In this document: piece after piece, positions 26,824-39,689 of the stretch
How positions within the stretch are numbered: position 1 is the stretch's first letter
How the letters are laid out: every line of letters begins with the position of its first letter
Assembly: GCA_951406725.2 (NCBI GenBank)
Contig: OX597820.1
Coordinates: 109,120,001 to 109,184,000, forward strand
DNA length: 64,000 nucleotides
Source of the DNA: Octopus vulgaris
Lineage: Eukaryota
Direction: 5' to 3'
Translations under genes and position numbers: made by a program
Notes under the pieces: generated by a model
The model's input: only the letters and a program-made list of their open reading frames with translations
Databases searched by the model: none
Told to the model about the DNA's origin: nothing

Positions 26824-27039
26824 TTTTAATAATGATGATGGTAATAATCACCATGGGGTCAGAAAGTGTGCAACTGAAACAAGCTCTTCTCCAAATACAG
26901 ACTTGAATAGTCTTATGAATGAGATTAATCTCAACCCATGCCCTCCAATTTCAGCAGCACAAGGAAGATAAAAATCTAAATCTATCAAATGGACTCAGAA
27001 GGCTATATAGAAGTGATACAGGAATCATTCAGTTTATGG

Positions 27040-28380
27040 ACATAATGCATTTCTGAAAACCTGGCAGTAACAAGAAAACCTGCAATGCAAAATTAATTTT
27101 TCCATTGATTTTCATATCGCCCTTTATGACATTTTCAAATCCTACATCCTTTACAAGTGTTGTAATATCTTTCTAAATTTTATGTAGACTTTCTGCTTGA
27201 GAAAATCTTCTAATGTCATGGAAACAGTCTGGCCATTATTTTTCCAAGCAGTATTCTTAGTTGAAGGTTTGACTTCATCTCATGACTTAGCTATATTATG
27301 TGCAGCATCCATTATGTTAAATTTCTTCCAGAAATCTCTAGCTGTTGGTTTATCTTCACTGTCAATTGCTTTCATAAGTTCTTTGACATATGATATGCCT
27401 TGAAGTTAGCTATCATACCTTAATCCCTTGGCTGGAGCAAAGAAGGTGTATTCTTGTGGAAATATTCTACATTATCAGAAAGGTCATCTAAGTTCACTGA
27501 GTAGCTCAGTGCTTTGTGTAAAAGAAGCAATATTTTGTTGGAAATATGTTTAGTACTGTACCTTTCTACAACAGGACAAAATAATGTTTGTAAATGACTT
27601 TTTGGAAAGGCTCTTAGTCATCCATGCATTCTTATTTGAATGCCAAATCAGAGGTAGGTTAACTTTTGTGTAACCTTTGAAAGCCCTTGGATTTTTGGAG
27701 TGGTACAAAAGTAGGGGTTTTACTTTACTATCATCAGCTTCATTTCCTCCCAAAAGAAGTGTCAGACAATTTTTGGAGGCTTTAAATCTTGGTGTTTTTG
27801 TTCTTAAGGAATAAAAATTCCAGCAGGCATACACTTCTAGAAAAGTACAGTTTCATCAATATTGTATACCTGCTCTGGTGTATAGCTCCTTTCAGCAATC
27901 ATTTTTTTCAGCTGGTCTGGATAATTAGTAGCAGCCTGTATATCAGTGCTCACAGTTTCACCAGTCATTTTTATGCTGTTCAAATTTATGCATTAAACCT
28001 TTCAAACCAGCCTTTGCTAGCTAAAAAAGATTTTTTAATTAGAAGTTTCCCCTTCCTTTTTCTGCAAATTGTCATAGAAACATTTGGCTTTATTTTGAAT
28101 TACTGTGGTGTTTATATCATCACATTGCACCAGTTCTGACCCTCAATTGATACACTCAAAAGTCATCCCATTTTAAGCTTTATACTAAATCTAAGGTAAA
28201 ATAAGATCCAGGCAGTTAATGGAGTAACTTCTGGAGCACTTGATGTAATTTTCTCTCTGTTGTCATGCATTGTTCCCACTGTAGATGTTGCAAGATTTAA
28301 TGTTTTGGCAATATAACTTAGTTTTTCTCCCACATCAAGTTTAATATCCAGTGCAATCCTTTAGCAGTTCCTTTTCACAC
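27040..28380 (-). mobile_element. Degenerate pogo/Tigger-like DNA transposase
   Basis: ASKGWFERF; FKASKNCLTLLLGGN..D.KVKPLLLYHSKNPRAFK...LPLIW.SN.NAWMT (DDE_1-type). Confidence 0.82.
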
Positions 28381-28666
28381 TACTGCCTTCAGTTCTTCTT
28401 GATAGCTTCTTTTCAGACAACAGCAGCAAGTAATTATCCATTACAAATACTAGCAGAAAGACTGCCCTCCGGGTGGTTTTCTGCTAGCCACTTAATATTT
28501 CTACATTTGATTCCCAATTCTAATAATTTTTGTATTTTACATCTAATTATTTCTTTGTATAATAGTGCTCACTTGGTTAGTAAATATTGCTTTTATTATT
28601 TTATCAGTCATAATCTCTCTTTTTTAAAGAGTCAATCTATTATATATATTTATCATTAATAATTCA

Positions 28667-28789
28667 GACCGATAGAATAAGTACTGGGCTTACAAAGAAT
28701 AAGTCCCGGGGTCGATTTGCTCGACTAAAGGTGGTGCTCCAGCATGGCCGCAGTCAAATGACTGAAACAAGTAAAAGAGTAAAAGAGTA
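28667..28789 (+). mobile_element. 3' fragment of the CORE-type SINE with (AAAGAGT)n-like tail
   Basis: Near-identical to 19655-19752. Confidence 0.82.
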
Positions 28790-29064
28790 AATTGGTAGAA
28801 CTTACATAGGTATGGATGAATGGATGGATGGATACACACACACACTCACATGCACGAAAGTCTGGTGCTGTGAGAATTTTTAGGAATGATGTTTCTTTAC
28901 TTTTTCAAATATACCCAAATTTAAAATGATCTAATATAATGATATCATTCATTCAGTATGTGTTGAAATATGCCAAAACAATTTCATTCCACACAAATAT
29001 ATGTTACTTTACATATAATTTATGTGTTAATTCTATTTACTGAAACTTGCTAAAAAGCATATTT

Positions 29065-29940
29065 TGCTTTAAAGTAGTATCTCCTTGTAGACACAATTGT
29101 CAGTAATCATACTGTTTCCATTTCTCTCAGCCAATATTTTTACATTAGTCTTCTTTCAAACTCTAGATAATGCAACATACAACTGACCATGTGAGAAGAA
29201 TTGTGTTGGAAGATATATTCCAATTTGTTCAAACGTCTGACCCTGTACCTTGTTGCACGTCAAGGCAAAAGCTGGCTTGACAGGAAATTGCATATAAATA
29301 TAGATGGCAATTCCATTTCTTGAGATACATGTAGTATTCTTGGGATTAGCAGAGTTGATTCTGCATAAGGACCAGAAACAACCTTAGCCTCAATAACCTG
29401 ATCATGTAAACTGACAATGATGTCCATTAGTAGCATCTAAATTTGTCAGAAGCATTATGCATTGTTTTTTCTTCAGTTTGAGAATGGGTGGTGGAAACCC
29501 TGATGGTGTAAGTTTGTTGATGAACTCGATTGGTTACAGAGTGTCATTATCAACTATATCTGAGCTTCTGTATATTTTTTTTAGCTCACTAGGGATCCTG
29601 GTCAACACAAAATCATTCACAAATTGTGCTGCTTCATTTGTTGGAGAAACGCTGGTACTATTTGCTAGCTACACAGGGTTTGTGAAGTTATTTTTGAGGT
29701 CAGCATATACAAAATCATATGGATAAGAAAGAGTACCACTTTCAAGGCAAGGGTCATTGGGTAGTTTGATTTTGAATTCACCTAGGCTTTTGTTCAATAG
29801 AAATGTTACCATTTCCTACATCAAGAAGGTAATTAGCAAACTCTCTTTCATTAGAATGACATTCTGTAAGAAGTCTTTGATTGGTTGTCAACTGCACTAC
29901 TTCCACATGATTGCAAAGAAAAGATCTCTTTAGTATTGCA
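29065..29940 (-). mobile_element. Helitron PIF1-like helicase C-terminal remnant
   Basis: PIEFINKLTPSGFPP..LKLK..CIMLL.NLD; [19 protein letters not shown]...IGIYL....[12 protein letters not shown]; NCVYKEIL. Confidence 0.88.
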
Positions 29941-31114
29941 TCAACAATTTGTTATCTGACACCATTATTTTGAAGTAGAATATTCTCCTCTCGAGATACG
30001 CTAACCAGTCGGTCATGTGTAGCAGAAACAGAATCATGTCTACGTCTCTGTGCATATTCAGGCATCTGTTTCAGTTGCTTTGCCATGGTTTCATCTGATT
30101 CAGTTGCCCATCTTTCCCATCTTTCTATCTGTTGTTGTACCTTTGCTCCTAAATATTCTTTTTCAGTTGCATATTATATATAAATTAAAGCTCGTTAAAA
30201 ACTATCTTGTTTAAATGTGCTAGAAATAGCAGCGATCACATGGTTATTATTGTAAGGCTTATAGCATTCCAAGTAGCCATATCAACAAAGTCAGTTCATT
30301 TAAAAAACAAAAAAATATACTAGTATATTACAGAATTTTCATTTTACCAAAAATATTAATTTAACAAACTCTGGAAACTGATAATATTCTTGAAATTGTG
30401 TCTCATATCAAAGTTATATAGCTATTATTAAATTATCATTGATGAAAATAGAGGCAGGTGAGAATGAGAGACTTGCAAATAAAAATGTAAAATGTTTCCT
30501 GCAACGAAGTAATAGAACTGTATTATTGGCATGTTTGTTTGCAGGCAAGGTGCAGACAAGGTGACAGCTACAGACATATTTTAGATTATTGAACCTCATC
30601 AACATAATCCATTAAATTTCTCTTCCGTTGATCATTTGACAAATGCTTTTACATATTTATCATAGTTATGTAGAGTTTGGGCCAGTAGTAATTTGTATAG
30701 TTAAAAATAAGATAAATTAAAGGAAAAGTCTCAACTAGGCTTATGACATCAATATAAATTGATAAAGATGATGTACTGAACAATATATACACAAAATTGT
30801 TAATGAACTGAAATTTTGTTCTAAGAAAGAAAACAGAATCAGTGCAGCAATTGTTAGCGATTAAAAATAAAGGAAAGGAAGAAGAAATAATTTCAAGAGA
30901 CTAAAAATAAATTTTTTTAATTGAAAAATAGATATGTTTAATTTTTAAAATTTTTAACTACTCTCATTTGTTGACCAGTGTGTCTAATTTGCAACAGTAT
31001 GATTGATAATTAATTAATAAACAACTTTTTAAAAAATAAATAACAATACTGTGTTGCAGAAAGACTGAATTTCTTACTTTTGGGAACTTTTATTTTGTTT
31101 ACTTTTATATTTAT

Positions 31115-32200
31115 TACAACGTTCAGGTTAGATTTGACAGTTTGCATTAAAGGAAAAGAAAACACAATATCCCATCCCAAAATAAAAGTATTTAAAAAAA
31201 AATATTGACTGAATTGTGGTTGGGAGATAAAAGTTTGCTCAAAGTAGCAGCCCTCTGCTTCCACCACAGCCTCAAGATGGCTCCAGAAACTGCTCATGCA
31301 TTCTTCACTGTGTCCCTGGGAAGATCTTTGAACATCTCCTTGATCTTGGCTTCCTGCTCAACTTTGGCTTTGCAGGCTGAGCAGTTGGTATCTTTCTCAA
31401 CCATGCCTCACTCAAAGTAATCTTTTGGATTACAATCAGGGGAATTAGGAGGCTAGATATTGGGGCTGGTGCAGTTGTAGAAATTCCCCAACAACCATTT
31501 CTGGCTCTTTCTGAAGGTACAGCAAGGAGCCAAATCATGCTACCACACATATGGCCTTCCAGTAGCAACCCTCTCCAGCCAGGTTTGACCACAGTCTTCA
31601 GCAGCTTCACATAGCCATCTGAATTGAGCCTAAGGTCCTATTCAAAGAAGTGGAGTGCATGACATCACCCTCACTGGAGACACACCTAAAGACCATCACA
31701 GTTTAGGGGAACTTAGGTTTCATGGATTGTAGGCAAGCACCTCTCGTTTTGGGTGTTGTGCAACAGGTTTTAGCAGACGTTCTTTTTGTCTGAGAAGAAC
31801 CAGATCATCCCTGGCTTAACAAGATGTTGCAGCTTCTTCAGGAGCTTCATTGCTTTCTCAAGCAGTTCTCTTTGGCTTTGACTGTCAGAATTTGTACCTC
31901 TTGTGTGAGTGCTAGTAGGTCCTTATTCAGAGCCAGCTTCATGGTGGTGACGTCAACACTTATCTCTCTTGCCAAAACTCAGATTTTCTTGCCTGGATCC
32001 TCCATCACATTGTCCTGCAGTTGCTGGATGCAGACATAGTCAAAATGCTGCTGTGTCCCTTTTTGCTGGCCAAAGGTTCATAGTCTCTGTTGTGGCTATC
32101 TACATCATGTCTCACAGCCTTTACAGTGTTCACAGATATTGATATTATGATGCCCCCATTTTGATGCCTGGTGCAAATCATTAATGATTTCTGTTGTATT
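31115..32200 (-). mobile_element. Degenerate Tc1/mariner-superfamily transposase
   Basis: IWFFSD.K; PPNSPDCNPKDY..W-like segment; LEAVVEAEG.YFE terminus. TIRs not confirmed. Confidence 0.75.
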
Positions 32201-32699
32201 TGACTCATCTGCCTTTAATTTCTTTGACAGAGACTTGTTGAATATGCTAACAATTCTGCCAGTTCACAACAGCAGTAACAGTTTTAGTTTAATCCATGCA
32301 CGAATCATCTTACCTACAGTTCTGCTGCTTCATCTTAATGTTTCATTTATATTATCCTCCTATTTATTGTATAAAATGCCTGTGTCAGATATGGTGTAAT
32401 ATTTATGACTCTGGAGTGGTTAGCAATGGAATGAGGCCAATTTTCAGCTGACTCCGTTTTTCTTTGAGTTTCTTTGGTGTTTTGGGGTCTTTTTAACAGA
32501 ATTGTCAGCATTCAGACATCCTTAGGTCCTCTCTTGCTTGTATATTCGTTGTAGACATTGATATTCAGGTGTCCAAGTTGGTCATTGGTTGTATTCTCAT
32601 TAGTCAGATATGGCTCACTACAAAAGTGCTTGGCATTGTCTTTGCTTTGTTAACTTATAAAAAATTGAATAAGATATGATAAATTATCTCTGTATGGAA

Positions 32700-32890
32700 A
32701 CATCATCATCATAATCATTTAATGTCTGTTTTCCATGCTGGCATGGATTGGATGGACTGACAGGATCCAGCCATGTATGCTGAGCTCCAGAGTTAGCTTT
32801 GGCATGGGTTCTATGGTTGGATGCCCTTCCTAAAGCTAAACACATTACAATGTATACTGTGTGCTTTTTTTATGTGTGTATCATCGGCAC
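32700..32890 (-). mobile_element. RTE 3' tail fragment
   Basis: catcatcatc..tttaatgtctgttttccatgctggcatgg..ggatgcccttcctaa. Confidence 0.72.
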
Positions 32891-33447
32891 TAGTCTAGTT
32901 GCCAAGTAACTTGCAAGTCAAAGAAAGAAAAAGAAAAAGAACCCACTACTAAGCAAGTAGGGTGAGTATTTCAGGGGTGGGTGGCTTTGTACCAAGTGTT
33001 GAAAGGCTAAAGTATGATAGAAGGAGAAGCATAACTGTTTTGCTGCAGAAGGGAATGCATGGCTACCACACATTATATGGGGGTAGATGGCAGTAGTTGA
33101 GAAGGAGATAAAGATAGTAGTGCCAGAGCAAGCTCTCAAGATAAAGGAAGGGGAGTATAAAAGGGGATATGGACAGTGTCTCAAAGGGGGGATGGTGAGA
33201 GAGGGCAGGTGACAGATGGTTAGAGATGGGGTAGAGGAGGTACAGTTGATGGGAAATATCAGTATGGTTAAGTGGTTCAGGAAGGTTAGATCAGAGGGCA
33301 GTGGGGAGGATGTGCATGGTGTAGGAGTGATGAGGAGGAAGATGGAAGGTTATATAGGGATGGCTATAGTGTGTAGGACAAGATGGCATGTATGAGGAAG
33401 TGTTGAGAATGAAAGCAAATTTGTGAAGTGTTAAGTGGAATATATAT

Positions 33448-33667
33448 TTCTTTATTGCCCACAAGGGGCTAAACATAGAGGGGGCAAACAAGGACAGACA
33501 AAGGGATTAAGTCGATTACATCGACCCCAGTGCGTAACTGGTACTTTATTTATCGACCCCGAAAGGATGAAAGGCAAAGTCGACCTCGGCGGAATTTGAA
33601 CTCAGAACATAACGACAGACGAAATACTGCTAAGCATTTCGCCCAGCGCGCTAACGTGTCTGCCAGA
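33448..33667 (-). mobile_element. Young Meta-type tRNA-derived SINE
   Basis: Minus strand: A-box-like TGGCAGACACGTTAG, B-box GAGTTCAAATTCC, Meta-domain-like GCCTTTCATCCTTTCGGGGTCGATAAATAAAGTACC; CpGs retained. Confidence 0.85.
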
Positions 33668-33949
33668 TCGAGGAGAGTGATAACTGAAAACACAGAAATG
33701 AGGTGACTGGTGAAAATGTGTGAGAGGGGAAGGGAGTATAACAGGAAGGAGGTAACTGGTGGTATAAAGGAAGAGGGAGGAGAAATATGTGCTATTACAG
33801 CCTTCAAGTTGTAACAGCTCCCAGGCTGTGCCATAGATAGAGGAGTAATGGACAGCTGGATGTTAGGGGCATGAAATGTAGAGATTGCTTGTTGGGGCAG
33901 AATGAGCTACAAGCATACACAGAATGCTGCTAGGACTTCGTTTTTGCTG

Positions 33950-36120
33950 TGGTGGATAGGTATGGGTCTTTTTGAGCACAGTAAATTGCCAATCATCTCG
34001 GTCCTTTGTCATCTCCTCTGTGAGGCTCAGCATCTTTAGATCAGCTATCATTATTTTGTCCCATATCTCCCTCTTCCATAGGTTACATCCACTTTAAGTG
34101 ATCCACACTTCTTTGTGCAGCTGTCCTCATCCATATACAAACCAGTGCAGTCTTTTCTCTTGCACACTACGTCTAATTCCTCATGCACAATATTTCTCAC
34201 AACACCTTAGCACTTTGTTGTACATTCACACTAATGTTGCACGTCCAATGGAATGTACTAGTTTCATTCCACTCTAGTCTTTGCATGTGCTCTGCATTCA
34301 AGGCCTTGTCTCACTATCATGTAGCATCGTTGTTCATGAGCAATCATCACACAATCTGTATTTTATTTGGAGGGAGACCTTTTGTAGCCTCATCTCATCT
34401 TATTCCTAGGTTGGTCTTAGGAGCAGAGTCCACAAAGCACTCCTTCCTGTCTGAAGCAACTATGACCAGTTGACCTGGCTGAATGAGACTAACCAAGCTC
34501 ATGGATGTTATCCAGCCATTTTGTTTGCAGTCTACCCCTGGGTCTCCTATTGGTTGGTTTTACCTGTAAAACCTGTCCAGCGATTCTTTCCTGGGACATT
34601 CTTACATGTCCATAGTATAGAATTGATCTCTCAATTTGGAGTTGTGGCGGCTCTACTTGGAGCACCTCTCTGAGCTCCAAGCTATGCACATTGAGTAATC
34701 CTAATCCAAAGACCCTTCAGAGGAATGCCATTTCTGCCCATTGTATTTGTGATTGTATTCTTTTTGTCATTACCCAAGATTCATGACCATAGATAAGGGT
34801 AGGTATGAACGCTGAATTGAAAATAGTGAGTTTAGCTTTTACACTTACTCCCTCTTTCTGATGACCAAATTGGCACATTACTATACCAGCTCCTGTTATT
34901 CTTGCCTTTAAGTCAGCCCTCCATCACTTATGAAAACAATCCTGTAATAATTGAACTTCTCCTCTTGCTTCAGTGGAGTTTCACTCATATGTAGAGTGCA
35001 TTGCACCAGCTTCCTTCAGAGGATGAGTGTTTCAATTTTCACAGCACTGCCAAGCAGCACTCAACAGCAAACCTATCAATTGCATGTTGAAAATCACCTT
35101 CTAACAAATTGAGTCATATCATGTCGATTACAAATTCTAGCCAACTGATCCCACACTTGCCAGTCTTTATACCATTTCCAGCCTAGGTGCACATATCAAT
35201 TTTGTCCATGAAGATTATGAACAGAAGAGGTGATAATATGCACCTTTGGCAGAGTCTGACAGCCACATTGAATGGTTTCAACTCAGTGCCAATTATCCAA
35301 AAACAAATGCTAGGGCATTCACATAGGGACTTCAAGGCAACAAGAAGCTGTCCATTGATCCTATACTCCTGCAGAACCTTCCACAAGTTCTGTGGAACTA
35401 GGTTGTCTGCCTTTTCGAAGCCTATGAAACAAGCAAGCATACACCTCTTGGCCATACTCACAGGATTTCTTGAAGACATTCCACAATGTGAATATTTGGT
35501 TGGCCGTGCTGTGTCTGTACTGTTCATCAGCGAGTTTGAACTCAACAATATCCCTACATCCCTTTGCTAGACATCCAGCATAGACTTTAGCAAGGAGATT
35601 CCTCTTTAATTAGAGCAGTCCCTCTTGTCTCCCTTTTTGAAAGTTTGGATTATCACTCTGATGTCACTGCTTAAGAGCATTTCTAGAGATTCAGGCCATC
35701 TGATGCACACAAGTCAGTTAGAGAATACCTTCTCTATTTGAAACCTTTAATAACTCGAGCTGAATTTCATCTTCTCCTGAGGCCTAGCCACATTTAAGCT
35801 CTTGTGACCTCAGTCTCTGAGAGGCTAGTCATCGCACTTTTGGTGTGCTTTGTGTACTTCAGAAGATGTGACTGGATTTAGGAGATCAAATAAAGTATTC
35901 TTTCATCTCACCAGGGTGTGGCTTTCTTCAGAGAGATCTCCAAGTGAGTTTCTGTGGAGGGGGACTTCTTGTTGTAACCAACAAGGTAATAGGTCTCTAT
36001 GCTTCCTGTATCTTATTCTTATTTTAGCAGCTATACTTTTAGAGCATTCTCCTCTACTCTTAATTAAGGCACCTTGGTAACTAAAACTATCTACCACTTC
36101 CATGGCGCCTCTAGGACATT
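33950..36120 (-). mobile_element. Mosaic of old RTE-type LINE fragments from at least two families
   Basis: EEMTKDRDDW; YYGHVRM..ERIA.QVL...RRPRGR; FEKA.NLVP..LW.VL.EY; [11 protein letters not shown]; EVVDSFSY.G. Confidence 0.72.
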
Positions 36121-36220
36121 CAATTCTAACCCAAACTTTTAGTAACATTACGCCTTATTTGATTTACCTATTTGGGTTTGTGTCTGTTGCTAATTTTAAT
36201 TTTTTCCCCCCCTTCCACAG

Positions 36221-36396
36221 CCTTTTGACAAATTATGGAAAGAGCGACCAGACTTTCACCGTGTCTTACACCCAATAGAAGGTGACATTATGGAAGAGAA
36301 ATTGGGACTAAAAGACAGAGATAGTAAACTGCTATCTGAAGAAGTAGAGATTGTTTTCCACAGTGCAGCAACAATTAGATTTGATGAACATATCAG
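36221..36396 (+). CDS. FAR: Fatty acyl-CoA reductase, second coding exon (176 nt)
   Basis: Polypyrimidine+CAG acceptor; PFDKLWKERPDFHRVLHPIEGDIMEEKLGLKDRDSKLLSEEVEIVFHSAATIRFDEHI(R) containing the FAR VFHSAATIRF motif; GTGAGA donor, phase 2. Confidence 0.95.
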
Positions 36397-36929
36397 GTGA
36401 GATTGTTGTGCTTTGAAAATATTATAAACTACATGTATGTGTATGGTACAGAGTTTCATAAACAATATCAAGATTATAAAAAAACATGATGTGATACAGA
36501 GATGTAATGTATTTGTAGTTATTGTTAATTATAATGTAATACATGAATTCACATGGGCTATCATTGTTATAGCTATGACAAAAAACACTAATAGCTATAA
36601 TTAATATCTTAGCTATTACAGTTCTATATTTAAGAGATGAGGAATTATGTACATTATTTACATTTGACTACTGTGATACCTTCTTTCATCACTGACCCAC
36701 CCTATCACTCCCTCTTTCTCACCATGTCACTCATGCTGGTTTTCTATCCAATCCTCTCACCAATAACCAACAAACAAGATGAGGACAGATATCCGTCAAA
36801 TGTAAATAATGTAAATCTTAGCTATTGTTTCCCTTCATGCTACACTAAATTCAACAAATAGCTTTCAACAAACCAGACAGATCTGCAATATCTCTATGAA
36901 TGATGAAATATCTAATCAAGCAGCCCCAT

Positions 36930-37480
36930 GGAATGAGTTATAGCCCAATTAATTAGGAACAGAATTAGACTAGATGAAATGCAGTTTGGTTTTTGTTTGG
37001 GAAAAGTATTACTGATGCTATCTTCTTAGATAACTTCAGAAGTGTTTAGCTAAGAGTAAACCATTGTACATAGCATTTATGGACCTGGAGGAAGCTGTGA
37101 TATGGTGGTCTCTGAGGAAGCTAGGAGTAGATGAATGGCTTGTGAGAGCCATACAAGGTATGTAAAAAGGTAAGGTAAGAGTTAACTACAGTTCAGTGAT
37201 GAATTCACAGTACAGGCAGGTGTTCACTAGGGCTTGGTTCTCAGTCCCTTCCTATTCATCCTTGTCCAGTAAGTCATAACAGAGGCATTCAAGACCAGCT
37301 GCCCTTAAGAACTACTATATGCTGATGATTTCACTCTCATAGTGGAATCTGTAACAGAATTAGAAAAGAAGCTCTGGGTGTGAAAGAAAAACCTAGAGTC
37401 AAAGTGTCTTAAAAGTTAACTTAGTAAATATCAAAGTTCTAGTAACTAAGAAAACAGATAGGAAACTACTCACTTAAGCA
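36930..37480 (+). mobile_element. Old RTE RT fragment
   Basis: gatgaaatgcagtttggt, ctactatatgctgatgat (LLYADD); homologous to the RTE at 2168. Confidence 0.75.
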
Positions 37481-37841
37481 GGAGTGGACTGAAAGAAAAT
37501 TGTTTCCACGGTTAGATGTCCTTCCTAACATCAAGCGTTTTGCAGAGTTTTCATTTTCTTGTGGCACCACTGCTAGAGATGTTGCCTTGTTCTATGTAAG
37601 ACAAGAATTTTCTTTATGTTGTCTTCCTTTGTTTAAGAGAAATATGAGTGAGAGAGAATGAGGGTGGAAGTGTAAGGGAAAACAGAATATAAGAATTAGT
37701 GATAGGAGTGGGAAGAGAGGTAGCAATGGAAAGAGAAGTAGCAATGGGAGCACGAAGAAAAGTAGTGATAGGCAGTAACAAGAGAGGTAATAATAGCTGG
37801 TGAAAAGAAAGGTAATGATATGCAGTGAGAAGGGAGGTGAT

Positions 37842-39186
37842 CATTTCATTCATTGTCCAACCGTGGTCGAGACAATGGAATTTACTATGTTACGCCAGAC
37901 TTCACGGTCCATCATAGCATTACGGAGGTCCTGTTGCTTGATGCCTGTATCCCTGGAGATTACATCAGGGTAGGAGAGTGTGCGCCCTCTGGTATTGCGA
38001 GTAGATGGCTTCCAGAGGAGAAGAGTAGAAATTACTTCTTTTTCAGCTCTACAACAATGTCCAGCAAACTGGACTCTCCTACCTTTCACAAGAGATGACA
38101 CAGGTGGTAGTTTCCCATATATTTGCATTTTGGTTGGATGGCGCTTCCACGAGAGATTTTGAGCTCTCATAAGGAGGCGAGTGTAGGTTCCATCCAACTG
38201 CCTCTCAAGCTTCTTTGATAACGTCCAGGTTTCTGAGCCATATAGTAGAATTGGTTCGACTGTGGCTTTGAATATTTCAAGTTTGAAGTCTCTACTTAGA
38301 TTTGATGACCAGATCTTATGCATGTCATTACAGGCTGACCAGGCCATACCCTTTCTAGTTAGAAAGTCTTTTCCAGATGATGATATGCATGACCCAAGAT
38401 ATTTATAATCAGAAACCATATTTAAAGGCGTACTGTTGAGAGTATGGATGATGCAATCACTGTTGGACAGGCACTTGTTTATGTATTCAGTTTTGGCCTC
38501 ATTGAGGTAAAGACCTACACAATTTGAGGCTTGTTCAAGAGATTGTAAAAGAGACTGGGCCTTCGAGAGAGAATCACTGATAAGAGCGATGTCGTCAGCA
38601 AAGTCAGTGTCTGTCAAGTACTCAGCTGGGTGTCTGGAACTTCTTCTTGGTTTTATTTCAAAGCCCTTGCCAGAGATGGTATCAACTGACATACGTAGCA
38701 CATAATCAACAACAATGATGAAAAGAAATGGGGCGAGTGTGTCTCCCTGCAGTATTCCGGCTTTGATTGAGAAAGATGATGTTTCTCCATCAGGGGTTAA
38801 GATGGTTGAAGACGTATCTGTGTAGAGGACCTTGATGGCAGAAATAATTTTGTCTGGTATCCCATAGAGCTTAAGGATTTCAAACATCTTGTACCTATCT
38901 ACAGAATCGAACGCTTTAGAAAAGTCTACAAATACCATTGCAAGATCGCGATTAAATACTTTTGATTCTTCAATAAGTCTGCGCAGGCATAGTATCTGGC
39001 TCAGCGTTGAGCGCCCATGTCTGAATCCATTTTGGTTCTTTCGGAGCAAAGGTTCAACAAAAAGGACAAGATGATTTAGGATCAGTTTGTTGTACAGTTT
39101 TGCAGCAATTGACATTAGAGATATACCCCTGTAGTTGGTGACAAGGGATAAATCGTCTTTTTTGGGTATTGGAATGATTTGAGATT
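37842..39186 (-). mobile_element. 5'-truncated RTE-group LINE of a second family (open 421-aa RT frame, no PHD insert)
   Basis: QNGFRHGRST, FVDFSKAFD, GILQGDTLAP, DFADD, YKYLG, LLYGSETW, QFAGHC; (AATG)-type tail at the stop; possible 9-bp TSD ggaggtgat/ggtggtgat. Confidence 0.9.
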
Positions 39187-39689
39187 GGTGGTGATGATAG
39201 GCAATGACATGTTGGTTATTGGTGAGAGGACTGGATGGAAAACCAGCATGAGTGACATAGTGTGAAAGAGGGAGTGATAGGGTGGGTCAGAGTCATGAAA
39301 GATGGTATCTAAGTAGTGAGGGCATGGGTAGTGCATATCAATGGAGAATGACAAAGAGAGTGCAGTGTGTGCATACACATGAAGGTGAAAGATTGAGAGA
39401 CAGCCATAAAGAGGGATGATGTTAAGAGACTGTTGTCAATAAATGGGGAGAGTGAAAGTGATGGCTCACAGTAAAAAAGTGTTGAATGTGGACAGATCTG
39501 ATGTTGTTAGACCAGTGTCATGATGAGAAAGAGGTGAATGATAATGATGGTGGGAGAGAAGAGGACCAATGCAATGCAGAGCTGTTGTTGGATGCTTAAT
39601 AGAAGCATATTGAATGAGAAATCCAATGTAAGTATATTGTACACGCTACTTTTACTTGAGTGGTTAGGTTCTCTCTAACACCACATTTT

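Noticed and set aside
33560-33667. tRNA gene suggested by A/B boxes
   Set aside because: It is the tRNA-derived head of a SINE; no full cloverleaf
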